Virus record (IMG/VR): IMGVR_UViG_3300032092_003271
Location: 32,920-96,919 of that record
Length of the DNA stretch: 64,000 nucleotides
Origin: a virus
Reading direction: 5' to 3' (one strand)
Positions 1 to 9,943 of this stretch are shown in pieces (positions within the stretch are counted from its first letter, which is position 1; every line of letters starts with the position of its first letter). The position numbers and the translations under genes were made by a program. Below the pieces are notes generated by a model. It saw only the letters and a program-made list of their open reading frames with translations. It was not told the origin of the DNA and ran no database searches.

Positions 1-7
1 GTTTTGT

Positions 8-925
8 TTATCCATTTTTTCTTACAATACTATAATTGTTTTCAAAAAATTCAATAGTTTCCTTCAGACCTTCATAGAATGGTGTGAATTTGAAATTTGG
101 TAGATAATTTTTAATTTTAGTATTGTCTGATGGTTTTCTAAACTGTCCATCGGGTTTTGAGGAGTCAAAAATTACATCTCCTCTGAAGTTCATTAATTCT
201 GTTATTACATCAACAACCTCTTTAATCGATATTTCTTCAGATGTTGATAATATTATTGGTTCATTTTCGTTGTAGTTATATAAAACCCATTCTGTTAATT
301 TTGCAACATCTTTACTAAATATAAATTCACGTAAAGGTTTACCTGATCCCCATATCGTAAGTGGTGTTTTATTTTCTCTTGCCAAATAACACTTGTGAAT
401 TAATGCCGGCAATACATGACCATTTTCAAGATCATAGTTGTCATTTGGTCCGTAGATGTTTGTTGGTATAACGGATTTATAATTTAAACCATATTGTTCA
501 TTGTAAGACCTAATTTGAACGTCCGTCATTCTTTTTGCGTACGCATAAGCATCGTTAGAAAAGTGTGGTTCACCTAAGTGAATCTTTTTTTCTGTTAGTG
601 GGTAATCCACTTTGTCAGGAAAAACACAAGTCGATAAAAATGCTACTAAATTTTTTACACCTGAAAGTCTTGCTCCCTCAATTACATTTGTATTCATCAT
701 TATGTTATTATAAAAGAATTCTCCTTTATAATTCATATTAGCGCCAACACCACCAACTTTGGCGGCACAATGTATAATACCGTCAAAACCTCTCAACATT
801 AATCTGTGGGTTTGATCTCTATCGATCAAATCATATTGGTTTGATGATGGTTTAAAATATTGGTCACCAATAAATTCAGAACCTACTAATCCATTCCCAC
901 CTGTGACTAATATCTTATTTCCCAT
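8..925 (-). CDS. fcl: GDP-L-fucose synthase
   Basis: VTGGNGLVG Rossmann motif, HCAAKVGG..AN, STC(V)FP, YAYAK, PTNIYGP.DN, GHVLPAL, WGSGKPLREF; adjacent to gmd. Confidence 0.95.
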   Translation of the reverse strand: MGNKILVTGGNGLVGSEFIGDQYFKPSSNQYDLIDRDQTHRLMLRGFDGIIHCAAKVGGVGANMNYKGEFFYNNIMMNTNVIEGARLSGVKNLVAFLSTCVFPDKVDYPLTEKKIHLGEPHFSNDAYAYAKRMTDVQIRSYNEQYGLNYKSVIPTNIYGPNDNYDLENGHVLPALIHKCYLARENKTPLTIWGSGKPLREFIFSKDVAKLTEWVLYNYNENEPIILSTSEEISIKEVVDVITELMNFRGDVIFDSSKPDGQFRKPSDNTKIKNYLPNFKFTPFYEGLKETIEFFENNYSIVRKNG

Positions 926-1892
926 AATATTCTAACCAATAGTTTATCATTTCATCTAACATACTTTCAAAAGTATATTCAGGTTGCCATGACAACTCTT
1001 TTTTTAATTTAGATGAATCACCTTTTAAATTTTCTAATTCTTCAGGTCTAAAATGTTTTTCATCAATAACAATATGGTCCATATAATCTAAACCTAATGA
1101 GCTGAAAACATAACTACATAGATCTTGAACGGAGTGAGATACCCCTGTCGCACAAACATAGTCGTCAGGTTTATCTGATTGTAACATTAACCACATAGCA
1201 TAAACATAATCTTTTGCGTGACCCCAATCTCTAGTTGCAGATAGATTACCAATATTTAGTTTATCTTGTAAACCAAGACTAATTCTAACAGCGGCTTTAA
1301 CAACTTTGTTAGTCACAAAATTAGTCCCTCTTCTTGGGGACTCGTGATTAAACAAAATACCATTCCAAATCTTCATCCCGTAAGAATTTCTATAGTTTCT
1401 ACAGATATTGTATGAAAATACTTTAGCACACCCATATGGTGATACGGGATTCATTGGTGTAGTTTCTCTTTGGTACCCGTCTTCGTCAATTGTATTTCCA
1501 AACATCTCGGAGGAAGATGCTTGATATATTTTTGAGTGTTGTGAAACCAATCTAACCGCTTCTAATAGATTTAATGTCCCAACACCTGTAACATTTGTTG
1601 TGTATATTGGTTGGTCAAAACTAATTCTAACATGAGACTGCGCCGCTAAATTATAAACCTCATCTGGTTGTACCATTGATAATACTTTAACTAAAGACGC
1701 CATGTCTGTTAAATCGGCGTATTCAAGATGGATTAAATTACCGTCCCTTAAACTTTCAATCCTTGAAGATTGTGTTTCAGAAACAGAATTTCTTTTTACC
1801 GTTCCCCATACTTCATAACCTTTTTCTAAAAGTAATTCGGCAAGATATGAACCATCTTGACCATTTATTCCTGTTATTAATGCTTTTTTCAT
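915..1892 (-). CDS. gmd: GDP-mannose 4,6-dehydratase
   Basis: ALITGINGQDGSYLAE, NLAAQSHV..SF, QASSSEMFG, SPYGCAK, LFNHESPRRG.NFVT, RDWGHAKDYV; start moved to MKKALITG (1892) from the ORF-track 1985. Confidence 0.97.
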   Translation of the reverse strand: MKKALITGINGQDGSYLAELLLEKGYEVWGTVKRNSVSETQSSRIESLRDGNLIHLEYADLTDMASLVKVLSMVQPDEVYNLAAQSHVRISFDQPIYTTNVTGVGTLNLLEAVRLVSQHSKIYQASSSEMFGNTIDEDGYQRETTPMNPVSPYGCAKVFSYNICRNYRNSYGMKIWNGILFNHESPRRGTNFVTNKVVKAAVRISLGLQDKLNIGNLSATRDWGHAKDYVYAMWLMLQSDKPDDYVCATGVSHSVQDLCSYVFSSLGLDYMDHIVIDEKHFRPEELENLKGDSSKLKKELSWQPEYTFESMLDEMINYWLEYYGK

Positions 1893-1893
1893 T

Positions 1894-2496
1894 TTATTTA
1901 TTAAATTTATATAAACATAACCCAACAGAATCATATGGTAAATCATCAAAATCTGAATTCTTTTTATCGGCAAATAATCGTTCAACTAAAGACCATTTTT
2001 CTGAATTTTCAATATAATCTTTTATTTTTATTGATTTTGTGGAATGAGCTTTGTCATACGGTCTATAATGATCCCAATCGTGCATACAAAAATATGTACC
2101 ATCATCAATAAAATTTTCTAAAACAATTATATCATTAAGGGCAACATCAGAATCTTCTGGACCATCAAACATAATAAAATCAGGTATTAAATTATTTTTT
2201 AATAAATCATTTATCATGACATCAGAATTGGTTTTGTAAAATTTTACAAAATCAAAAACATTAAAAAACTCATTATCTGGTTTTCTAACTGGGTCACAAG
2301 TATGTACGGTAGAATTTAGATTATTATCTTTAATTGATTTAGAAATAAAATATGTTGATCCACCACCATTACCAGTACCAACTTCTAAAACTAAGGTTGG
2401 TTTTATTTCTGAGATCCAATTATATAATTTATATCTTTCATATGGTAACATTTCACCATCAAAAATATCATTAAAAAAATTAATTTTTTCAGTCAT
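1894..2496 (-). CDS. class I SAM-dependent methyltransferase (Methyltransf_24-like)
   Basis: VLEVGTGNGGGST motif I, FIMFDG, MHD at the end of the later strand. Confidence 0.75.
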   Translation of the reverse strand: MTEKINFFNDIFDGEMLPYERYKLYNWISEIKPTLVLEVGTGNGGGSTYFISKSIKDNNLNSTVHTCDPVRKPDNEFFNVFDFVKFYKTNSDVMINDLLKNNLIPDFIMFDGPEDSDVALNDIIVLENFIDDGTYFCMHDWDHYRPYDKAHSTKSIKIKDYIENSEKWSLVERLFADKKNSDFDDLPYDSVGLCLYKFNK

Positions 2497-2514
2497 TGTA
2501 TTAATTATTGTGAT

Positions 2515-3051
2515 TTATTTTTTTATTCCAAAGGTAGGACAACCATCTTTAGTTAAGTAAATTATACTTAAATTATTCTCAACACAAAATTCATCAACGG
2601 CTTTAACAACTTGTGGAAATTTAGTTGGGGAATAATCGTGACCAAATATAAAACCTCCGTTTTTAACTTTCATTAAAGATATATTTAAATCTTTTTTCAC
2701 CCCTTCATATGAGTGATCTCCATCAATGTAGATCAAATCAAAATATTCATCAACAAATTCATTTAATATTTTTTCACTATAACCTTTGTGTATAAAAACT
2801 GAATTATCATTTACAAAATTATTTTTTAGTTTTTCATATTCCTCATTAAGATCGGTCCAAACAACATCATCACCATCTTTGTTCCCTGAACACATCATCC
2901 CTTCAAAAATATCAACTAAGTGAAGTTCTTTAGGGTTTATGTTTTCATATATTATTTTGGAAAACTCCCCCTTGAAGACCCCTATTTCACATATAACTAA
3001 ATTATTGTTTAAATCATTAATTAAGTCGTTTCTTGTTTCGTAAATTTTCAT
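2515..3051 (-). CDS. class I SAM-dependent methyltransferase (Methyltransf_24)
   Basis: CEIGVFKGEFS, FDLIYIDGDHSYEGVKKD, GGFIFGHDY, V.KAVDEF. Confidence 0.9.
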   Translation of the reverse strand: MKIYETRNDLINDLNNNLVICEIGVFKGEFSKIIYENINPKELHLVDIFEGMMCSGNKDGDDVVWTDLNEEYEKLKNNFVNDNSVFIHKGYSEKILNEFVDEYFDLIYIDGDHSYEGVKKDLNISLMKVKNGGFIFGHDYSPTKFPQVVKAVDEFCVENNLSIIYLTKDGCPTFGIKK

Positions 3052-3803
3052 TTAAAATTTTTATTATAAAAGTTTATCATTTTTTCATATTTTATTGGGA
3101 AATTTCCAGGTCCACCCGCAAAATGTAACACTATACCGTCATATTCTGTTAAATAATAACCAATGTGAGATATTAAATTTGTAAGTTGGTTATCATAAAT
3201 TTTGTTCCTATATAGATAAACGTTAAAAAAAGGTTGCTCTAAACAGTCGTTCACTAAATGCTGATTATTTTTTAAAAACATATCGATGTTTTTTAAATGA
3301 TTAATCATTATTGGTTTGAACCCAAATATACCGGCATTAATCCCTAATATGTTATTTTTTTGTATTTCTTTTTTTTCAGTATCATTTAAAATATCCCCAC
3401 CCCACCAATTTTCAGACATCAAGGAATTTTCATTACTAACATAAAATTTTTCATTTTCTATAATATTAAACATTTTTTCAGGAGAAGATGTCCATAAAAT
3501 ATCAAGATCTGAAAAAATAATTTTATCATACTCATAAGCTTTATCAAACAAATAAATTTTTAGTTTATTTGAACTTGATTCTAGTAACTCCGATTTATCT
3601 AAAACTAAAAAATACGGTTTTTTCTTAAAATTAATTTCATTTAACAATTCTGTTTCTAAATCAGTTATAAACAAAAAATCACCATCATAACCGTTATAAT
3701 ATAGACTATCAATACAAAGCTTTGCTAACTTTATATAATTAACATTATTACCTAATGTAAAATAGATTAAATTTTTTTCTTTAACATCCTTATTTAAATT
3801 CAT
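3048..3803 (-). CDS. GT-A glycosyltransferase, GT8-like
   Basis: YDKIIFSDLDIL (DxD), INAGIFGF, LEQPFFN, VLHFAG. Confidence 0.75.
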   Translation of the reverse strand: MNLNKDVKEKNLIYFTLGNNVNYIKLAKLCIDSLYYNGYDGDFLFITDLETELLNEINFKKKPYFLVLDKSELLESSSNKLKIYLFDKAYEYDKIIFSDLDILWTSSPEKMFNIIENEKFYVSNENSLMSENWWGGDILNDTEKKEIQKNNILGINAGIFGFKPIMINHLKNIDMFLKNNQHLVNDCLEQPFFNVYLYRNKIYDNQLTNLISHIGYYLTEYDGIVLHFAGGPGNFPIKYEKMINFYNKNFK

Positions 3804-3806
3804 CTT

Positions 3807-4610
3807 TTATAATTTTTTAATTTGTTTATTTATCACCTCAACCCAATATCCATATTCCAAACTCTCCCTACTATTTTTTTGAACTTTTTTTATCTCGTCA
3901 GATATAAAATTAAAATCATATAATTTATTCTGATCATCAATAAAAACAACTGGTAGGTTTTTATATATTTTTTCATATATTAAATGGTAGTCTTGTGAGG
4001 AACCAACCACTATTGGAGTGCCACCTAAATATAAAGTTTCATAAGTCCTAATACACTCAATACCATTTCCTCTAGGTGATACAACACCTAAATATGATTT
4101 TACGTGACTTGCAAATTCCTCAAAACTTATTTCATTATAATGATCTATGTGGTTAGATTCTTCACATATTTTTTTTATTTGGGATCTGAATGAAGGATTG
4201 GTCTCAACTCTAAAATTAGAAATTACCTTATTAACTGATTGACCATTCGGAATTAATTCAGGATTTAATAAATATTTTTTTTTATGAAAAATACCTTCAT
4301 TTATTATCCCATGACCTTCTCTTTCAGGTAACATATCAATTTCTACACCAATAGGTATTGGTGTCACTTTATCACTATGACAATTTGTGTTTGTTGAGAA
4401 AATATGAGTTACGTTTTCGGGACAATATGAAAATAAATTATCATCAAAAGTTATATCACCATTAGCTATGATTAGAACACATTTATTCTTTTTAGATTCA
4501 ATACTTTTAAATTCTTGTAATATAAAATCTATTTTACAAAAAATAACATTTTCGTCATTATGAAAGTCATTACAAAATTTAGTCATCTGTAAAAGATTAT
4601 CTTGTGACAT
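3807..4610 (-). CDS. exostosin/GT47-like glycosyltransferase
   Basis: VVSPRGNGIECIRTYETLYLGGTPIV and LPVVFID match the C-terminal exostosin-like signature. Confidence 0.6.
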   Translation of the reverse strand: MSQDNLLQMTKFCNDFHNDENVIFCKIDFILQEFKSIESKKNKCVLIIANGDITFDDNLFSYCPENVTHIFSTNTNCHSDKVTPIPIGVEIDMLPEREGHGIINEGIFHKKKYLLNPELIPNGQSVNKVISNFRVETNPSFRSQIKKICEESNHIDHYNEISFEEFASHVKSYLGVVSPRGNGIECIRTYETLYLGGTPIVVGSSQDYHLIYEKIYKNLPVVFIDDQNKLYDFNFISDEIKKVQKNSRESLEYGYWVEVINKQIKKL

Positions 4611-4613
4611 AAG

Positions 4614-5624
4614 TTACTTTCTGTATTTTCTATTTGATTTTTCATAAATTTCATCTATCAAAGAAATAACATTCAAAGTCTCTGACATATCAAAATCTTT
4701 TAAGTTTTGATAAACAAATGGATGATTTGGACAAGAACCTTGATAAGAACCGTAATTATTTGGTTCTGTAGATATGTTATATTTTTTTCTGATTTTTTCA
4801 AACTCAGACTGACTTCCGTGAGATAAAAAGTTTGCGGATTCAACTATGTTCAGAGCTTTACCCCCCAACTTTATGTATCCATTTGCGCCTATAACACTTA
4901 AAGAACACTCTAAATTTTGAGGTTCGGCCGCAATTGTAACTTCACAAGTCCCACCAAAATCACCAAAATCAAAAATACTATATATTGTATCCTCAATATC
5001 AACATTAATATGTTTATTTGAATATATTTTTGATGAGTGGACATAAGGTTTACCAAAAAGTTTTTGTAGTACGTCCAAATAATGTATACCCACTTCGTAT
5101 AAAGTTCCACCACCTACATTAGGTAGAGCTCTCCACCCTGTAAAATACTCAAACGGTCTTTGCCATCTTTGTACAAAATTAACAGATCTTATTTTTCCTA
5201 ATAAATTAGAATTTAAAACTTCTCTTAACAATGATACCGTAGGGTTTAATCTAACTTGTAAAACGCAATAAGCCTTTTTATTATTTTTATTTGCGGTTTC
5301 TATTATCTGATCAACCTCTTCTTTAGTAAAAGAAACTGGTTTCTCAACCAAAACATCACAGCCATTTTCTAACGCATATATTGCTTGATTAACGTGAAGT
5401 GAGTTTGGAGTTGCAATAGTTATAAAATTCGAAATACCGCAATCAACTAAATCTTTGTAATTTGTAAAATATTTTACATTATATTTTTTACCTAAGTTTT
5501 TTACTAAATCTTCTTGAATATCACAAACCGCAACCAATTCAAAATCTTCATTTAGTTCAATTGATTCTATGTGTCTTGGTAAAATAGCACCACAACCAAT
5601 TATTGCAACTTTATATTTACTCAT
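4614..5624 (-). CDS. Gfo/Idh/MocA oxidoreductase, WbpB/WlbA-like nucleotide-sugar 3-dehydrogenase
   Basis: IIGCGAI, ATPNSLH, VLVEKP, VLQVRLNP, WQRP.EYF..WR, GGGTLYEVGIHYLD; next to a WbpD-like gene; start moved to MSKYKV (5624). Confidence 0.8.
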   Translation of the reverse strand: MSKYKVAIIGCGAILPRHIESIELNEDFELVAVCDIQEDLVKNLGKKYNVKYFTNYKDLVDCGISNFITIATPNSLHVNQAIYALENGCDVLVEKPVSFTKEEVDQIIETANKNNKKAYCVLQVRLNPTVSLLREVLNSNLLGKIRSVNFVQRWQRPFEYFTGWRALPNVGGGTLYEVGIHYLDVLQKLFGKPYVHSSKIYSNKHINVDIEDTIYSIFDFGDFGGTCEVTIAAEPQNLECSLSVIGANGYIKLGGKALNIVESANFLSHGSQSEFEKIRKKYNISTEPNNYGSYQGSCPNHPFVYQNLKDFDMSETLNVISLIDEIYEKSNRKYRK

Positions 5625-5625
5625 A

Positions 5626-6102
5626 TTATTTATTTTGTTTTTTATATTTTGCTGGATTTCCATAAACTAAACTATCTCTTGGGACATCTTTTGTTACTAC
5701 CGATCCTGCGCCTATCAAACTATTTTCACCAATAGTTACACCACAAATTATAACACTATTGGCCCCAATAGAACACCCTTTTTTAAACAAAGTTTTTTTA
5801 AATCTACCTTCATTCATCCAATCACCGGTTACTTTTGGTGTAAAATCATTTGTTGTTACGGTATTAGGACCAAAAAAAACATCATCTTCCAGTAAAACAC
5901 CTTCATATACTAATGAATTATTTTGAATTTTACAGTTATTCCCAATAACAACATTAGGACCGATATAAACACCTTCACCGATAATACAATTTTTACCTAT
6001 AACCGATCCATTACATATATGGGAAAATGCCCATATTTTAGTACCTTCACCAATATTATCACTTTCTATTATTGAACTTTCGTGGATAAAAACATTTTCC
6101 AT
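5626..6102 (-). CDS. hexapeptide-repeat N-acetyltransferase, WbpD/WlbB-like
   Basis: IGEGTKIWAFSHI, CKIQNN..VYEGV.LEDDVFFGP...TND..P, GCSIGANS, GAGSVVTKDVP, GNPA. Confidence 0.88.
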   Translation of the reverse strand: MENVFIHESSIIESDNIGEGTKIWAFSHICNGSVIGKNCIIGEGVYIGPNVVIGNNCKIQNNSLVYEGVLLEDDVFFGPNTVTTNDFTPKVTGDWMNEGRFKKTLFKKGCSIGANSVIICGVTIGENSLIGAGSVVTKDVPRDSLVYGNPAKYKKQNK

Positions 6103-6104
6103 AA

Positions 6105-6893
6105 TTAAACAAATTTAGGTATATTATTAAATAGACTGTCTAAATAATTTTTATGATTAGAGTATGGTCTACAGGCATGGCATTCAATAAAATGGTTTGA
6201 GTTTATTAAATCTAAATCGTAACTAACTTCATTATTTCTGTGACAATCAATTCTTCTATTTAAAAAATCTTTAGCTAAACTTAAATCTGACACCCTTCCT
6301 GTATTTTTAAATTCATTTAATTTTAAACAAGCATACGCCTCATCGGTACCCCATTTATTACCCCACATGGTTTTCACATTTAAAGAATTTACCTTCAGTA
6401 CTTCCTCCCAAAAAGAGTCTTCAAAATTAAACACATCACAAAAAGTCTGACCTTTTGCAATATGATAAGCTGATGGACTAAATCCACCTTCATCCCATTT
6501 TTTAGGGTGTTTTCCTTCTAATGTATATTGATTGTCTATCAACATAACATAATTATTATCATCAACATTTGATATAGAATCTTTTAGGAAAAATGTACCT
6601 AATGGTATTTGATCAATCCCCATAATGGCACACACTTCATCTTTATAAAATTTTGTAAAATAAAATAAAGCCCAAGTATATTGCCAAGGTAAAATACCAC
6701 TAACTTCCCTCTCCAATATAATATTACCATATTCCTCAGATAAATTTGCGGACTTTAAATTTTCAGGTGTACCAAAAAAAACCAAGGTTGGGTTTATATT
6801 GAATTTTTCTTTATATGTTTTTGACAAATTATTCCAAAAATCATAATAAAGTGGATCATTATTGGAAACTAAAATAACTCTTTCTACTTTCAT
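6105..6893 (-). CDS. putative glycosyltransferase-like protein
   Basis: GIDQIPL DxD-like position, YHIAKG, WGTDE, RIDCHR; lies in the glycan operon. Confidence 0.4.
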   Translation of the reverse strand: MKVERVILVSNNDPLYYDFWNNLSKTYKEKFNINPTLVFFGTPENLKSANLSEEYGNIILEREVSGILPWQYTWALFYFTKFYKDEVCAIMGIDQIPLGTFFLKDSISNVDDNNYVMLIDNQYTLEGKHPKKWDEGGFSPSAYHIAKGQTFCDVFNFEDSFWEEVLKVNSLNVKTMWGNKWGTDEAYACLKLNEFKNTGRVSDLSLAKDFLNRRIDCHRNNEVSYDLDLINSNHFIECHACRPYSNHKNYLDSLFNNIPKFV

Positions 6894-6898
6894 TTTTG

Positions 6899-7708
6899 TT
6901 AATTTATTTTTTGATTATGACTTCCATGAAAATATTTTATAGTTTTCACTTCTTTATATTGTGTTTTATCTAAAATAGTGTCCAAAATAACACCCCAAAT
7001 TGGTAAGTCACCCCATCGATTACTGTAAATACACCCACAAGAATCAACTTTATTTAAAAAATTTTTTACTTTTAAATTATCATTAATTTCTTTTACATTA
7101 ACAACCATAAAATTGGTGTAAGGGCACATTATTTGATTAAAGTTAGTGGTGTTAGATAAATTATTTTCGGTTATATACTCATTCCTTAAACTTTCCAAAC
7201 CAACAATGACTAAATCAACGTCTTGGTTTTGGAACATTGGTGAAACAAAAACTAAATTTTCAGATTCCATTTCATCTATAATATCAAAATTAAAATCCTC
7301 AACGATACAATCTTCATCTATTCTTATAACATAATTAAAATCTTTTAGATATTCTAAAAAATCTATAGACCAAAAATGACACATATGTTTATACCCTATT
7401 GAAAAATTGTTTGTTAACCAATTTGGTGAACAGAAATCATTAACAATATTTTTGTTGTTATTAAAAGCGGTTTTTGGATCTTTATTTTTTATATCCCAAT
7501 ACTCTATGTTTAAGTTAGGAGTCTTACTTGAAATAAAATTTTGTTGATTTTCGTTTATATTACCTTCATGTAATATTATAAAAGAATAATTATCATTCTT
7601 TTCATTATTTAATAATTTTTCTATCGAAACGTTTCTATTTATAAGGGTTTTATATTGATTTACGTCATTATATCCCCTACTTAGGACACATATTGCAATT
7701 TTTTTCAT
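6899..7708 (-). CDS. GT15 (Kre2/Mnt1-like) glycosyltransferase
   Basis: GYKHMCHFWS, RIDEDC, YTNF, GCIYSNRWGDLPIW resemble the Kre2-type motifs SYRHMCRF, SNFEI and ERWGDAP. Confidence 0.7.
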   Translation of the reverse strand: MKKIAICVLSRGYNDVNQYKTLINRNVSIEKLLNNEKNDNYSFIILHEGNINENQQNFISSKTPNLNIEYWDIKNKDPKTAFNNNKNIVNDFCSPNWLTNNFSIGYKHMCHFWSIDFLEYLKDFNYVIRIDEDCIVEDFNFDIIDEMESENLVFVSPMFQNQDVDLVIVGLESLRNEYITENNLSNTTNFNQIMCPYTNFMVVNVKEINDNLKVKNFLNKVDSCGCIYSNRWGDLPIWGVILDTILDKTQYKEVKTIKYFHGSHNQKIN

Positions 7709-7710
7709 TA

Positions 7711-8442
7711 TTAAAATAAATCTTTATATTGGGTTTCAAATTTATTTCTACCTATACCTTGAGTGTCGTGTGAGTCAAATTGGAAATGGTGAAGTAAATC
7801 AGGTAAAAAAACATAATTAATATTTTTTAATAAATAAAATATACTAATAGACCTCTCAACTTCGTGACCTGAAAAATTTGAAGTTTTTATATCATCAATC
7901 ATTGGTTCTATCCATTCCATATATTCATTAAAAGTGTTGGTATTAAATGAATGGTTAGAAGTAACTGTAATAACTTTGTTATGAGGTAAAGAATACATTC
8001 GATTATTTAAATTTACATTATAGTTTTTTTCTAATGAAAATCTTAAATGGGATATCCAATGATCTTGACCAATAAAATTAGGTTCTGAAATTAGTATTGG
8101 AACATAACCAATAACATTATAACCTAAACTAAAATTAAAATTTATATGATCCTCAATATCGTCATTTATATTAACATCATACTCGAATAAATTTATAAAA
8201 TTAGATTTTATTAAATTGTTTTTCCATAAAGCATACCATCCGGTAAATGAGGTTAATTTTGGATAATTTTCTAAATTATGTGGTAAATCTCTACAAATTA
8301 TGACATTATCTAAATTTTTAATTTTTTCTATTTCATTATTACCAACAAACACGTACTTTAAATTCTTCATTTTTGAGAATTTGTTTACGTTCATATAATC
8401 TAAAATTATGTTTTCGTCATGGACAAAAATAAAAGTTTCCAT
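7711..8442 (-). CDS. putative glycosyltransferase (DUF4422-like)
   Basis: TGWYALWKN, FNEYMEW, GHEVERSIS; start moved to METFIFVH (8442). Confidence 0.45.
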   Translation of the reverse strand: METFIFVHDENIILDYMNVNKFSKMKNLKYVFVGNNEIEKIKNLDNVIICRDLPHNLENYPKLTSFTGWYALWKNNLIKSNFINLFEYDVNINDDIEDHINFNFSLGYNVIGYVPILISEPNFIGQDHWISHLRFSLEKNYNVNLNNRMYSLPHNKVITVTSNHSFNTNTFNEYMEWIEPMIDDIKTSNFSGHEVERSISIFYLLKNINYVFLPDLLHHFQFDSHDTQGIGRNKFETQYKDLF

Positions 8443-8446
8443 ATTA

Positions 8447-9943
8447 CTAATTAAATAATTTATTTTTGTTATTTTTAACAAAGGGTAATAAAAATTTATT
8501 ATAATCTTCCTGTTCTCCTTTTGAATTTTTTTCGTCTTTACCCCTTGTTTTACTTTCGTAGTGATAAGCAACTAAAGACCCGTCATAATAATTTTTAAGA
8601 CCAAGAAGTCTAACGGATAAATTTAACTCAACATCCTCAAAACAAGTTGTGTAATTTTCATTATAACCACCGGCATTATTAAATGTGTTTTTCCTAATCA
8701 TCATAAGTGCTGCTGTACTACCAACAACTTCTTTTATTCCTGTTGTGTATGAATAGTACGAACCTAACGATGCGTGAGTTAACATAAGTTGATCTTTTCC
8801 TGGTTGTAATTGCATTATAATACCGTCGTGTTGGATTGTATTGTCCTCATAATGTAATCTAGCCCCCACTGTACCAACTTTAGAATTTTCTTTAAAAACT
8901 TTTAACATTCCATAAATAACGTTATTCAGTATTATTATATCATTATTACAAAATAATAAAAACTCGTGCCTGTCAGATAAATGGTTTTTAACCACATCAT
9001 TATTTATTTTTGCAAAATTATAATAATCATACTCAACCAACATAATTTTACCTAAAGGTAAAATTTCATTTTTAATTCTTTCTTTTTCTTCGTTAGTTGA
9101 TCCAGTATCGGCAATAAAAATTTCAAATAAATTATCATTACAGTTATCGTAAAATGATTTCACACAATTAAACAATAAGTCAACATTACCTTTAGTTGGT
9201 ATTATAACCGCGACTTTACCAATGTTTTTTATTTGTTTTTCTTTAATTTCAGGATAATTAACATTTTTTGGTCTTAAATCTAATGGTAATTTATCACCCC
9301 ATTTCTCAACAAATTTTTCTTTACTAACCCAAAATTCTTGATTTGGTTGACCAACAGATTCATGTGTAATTTCAAAAGATGAGGTTACACCAATTTTGAT
9401 ACCATCCAAATAGTTTGGAATACAAAATAGATGATCGTAAAAGTGAAACTTTCCAATTGTCTCATCAAACGTATGTTTAATTTTTGTTTTATCGAAAGAT
9501 ATGAATAAACCATCAATAGTAACAACAGGGATTAAGTAGGGTAATTTAACTGAATATTTGTTTATCCATTTTTTTTGACCTTCGGGGTGATGATATACTT
9601 GACCAACCATTGTCTGATGCATTTTTTCCCAATAGACACCTGACTCAGGAAAGTAACAAGATCCGGCCTTTCCAATAATACCAAATTCAGGATTATTAGA
9701 AAAATCCTCTAAAAGTTTTTTACCCCAATTTTTTTCTAATTTAATGTCGTTGTGGCAACAAACTACAATATCGTAAATTGATTCACTTACCCCACTATTA
9801 TATACTTGAGATAATGAGTATTGGTTATGATTTTCAAATTCTAAAATCTGTACATCCTTTAAACCAACTGTTTGTAACAAATGTTCTTTAAATTTGTTAT
9901 TGTAGTTTTTGTCTTTATGTGTTGAATATATAATAGTTATCAT
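8447..9943 (-). CDS. two-domain GT2/GT-A glycosyltransferase
   Basis: N domain YNSG..VCCHNDI..TIDGLFI..FHFYD; C domain VIIPTK, DTGS, NFAKINN, FCNNDI, FEDVELNL, HYESKTRG. Confidence 0.88.
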   Translation of the reverse strand: MITIIYSTHKDKNYNNKFKEHLLQTVGLKDVQILEFENHNQYSLSQVYNSGVSESIYDIVVCCHNDIKLEKNWGKKLLEDFSNNPEFGIIGKAGSCYFPESGVYWEKMHQTMVGQVYHHPEGQKKWINKYSVKLPYLIPVVTIDGLFISFDKTKIKHTFDETIGKFHFYDHLFCIPNYLDGIKIGVTSSFEITHESVGQPNQEFWVSKEKFVEKWGDKLPLDLRPKNVNYPEIKEKQIKNIGKVAVIIPTKGNVDLLFNCVKSFYDNCNDNLFEIFIADTGSTNEEKERIKNEILPLGKIMLVEYDYYNFAKINNDVVKNHLSDRHEFLLFCNNDIIILNNVIYGMLKVFKENSKVGTVGARLHYEDNTIQHDGIIMQLQPGKDQLMLTHASLGSYYSYTTGIKEVVGSTAALMMIRKNTFNNAGGYNENYTTCFEDVELNLSVRLLGLKNYYDGSLVAYHYESKTRGKDEKNSKGEQEDYNKFLLPFVKNNKNKLFN

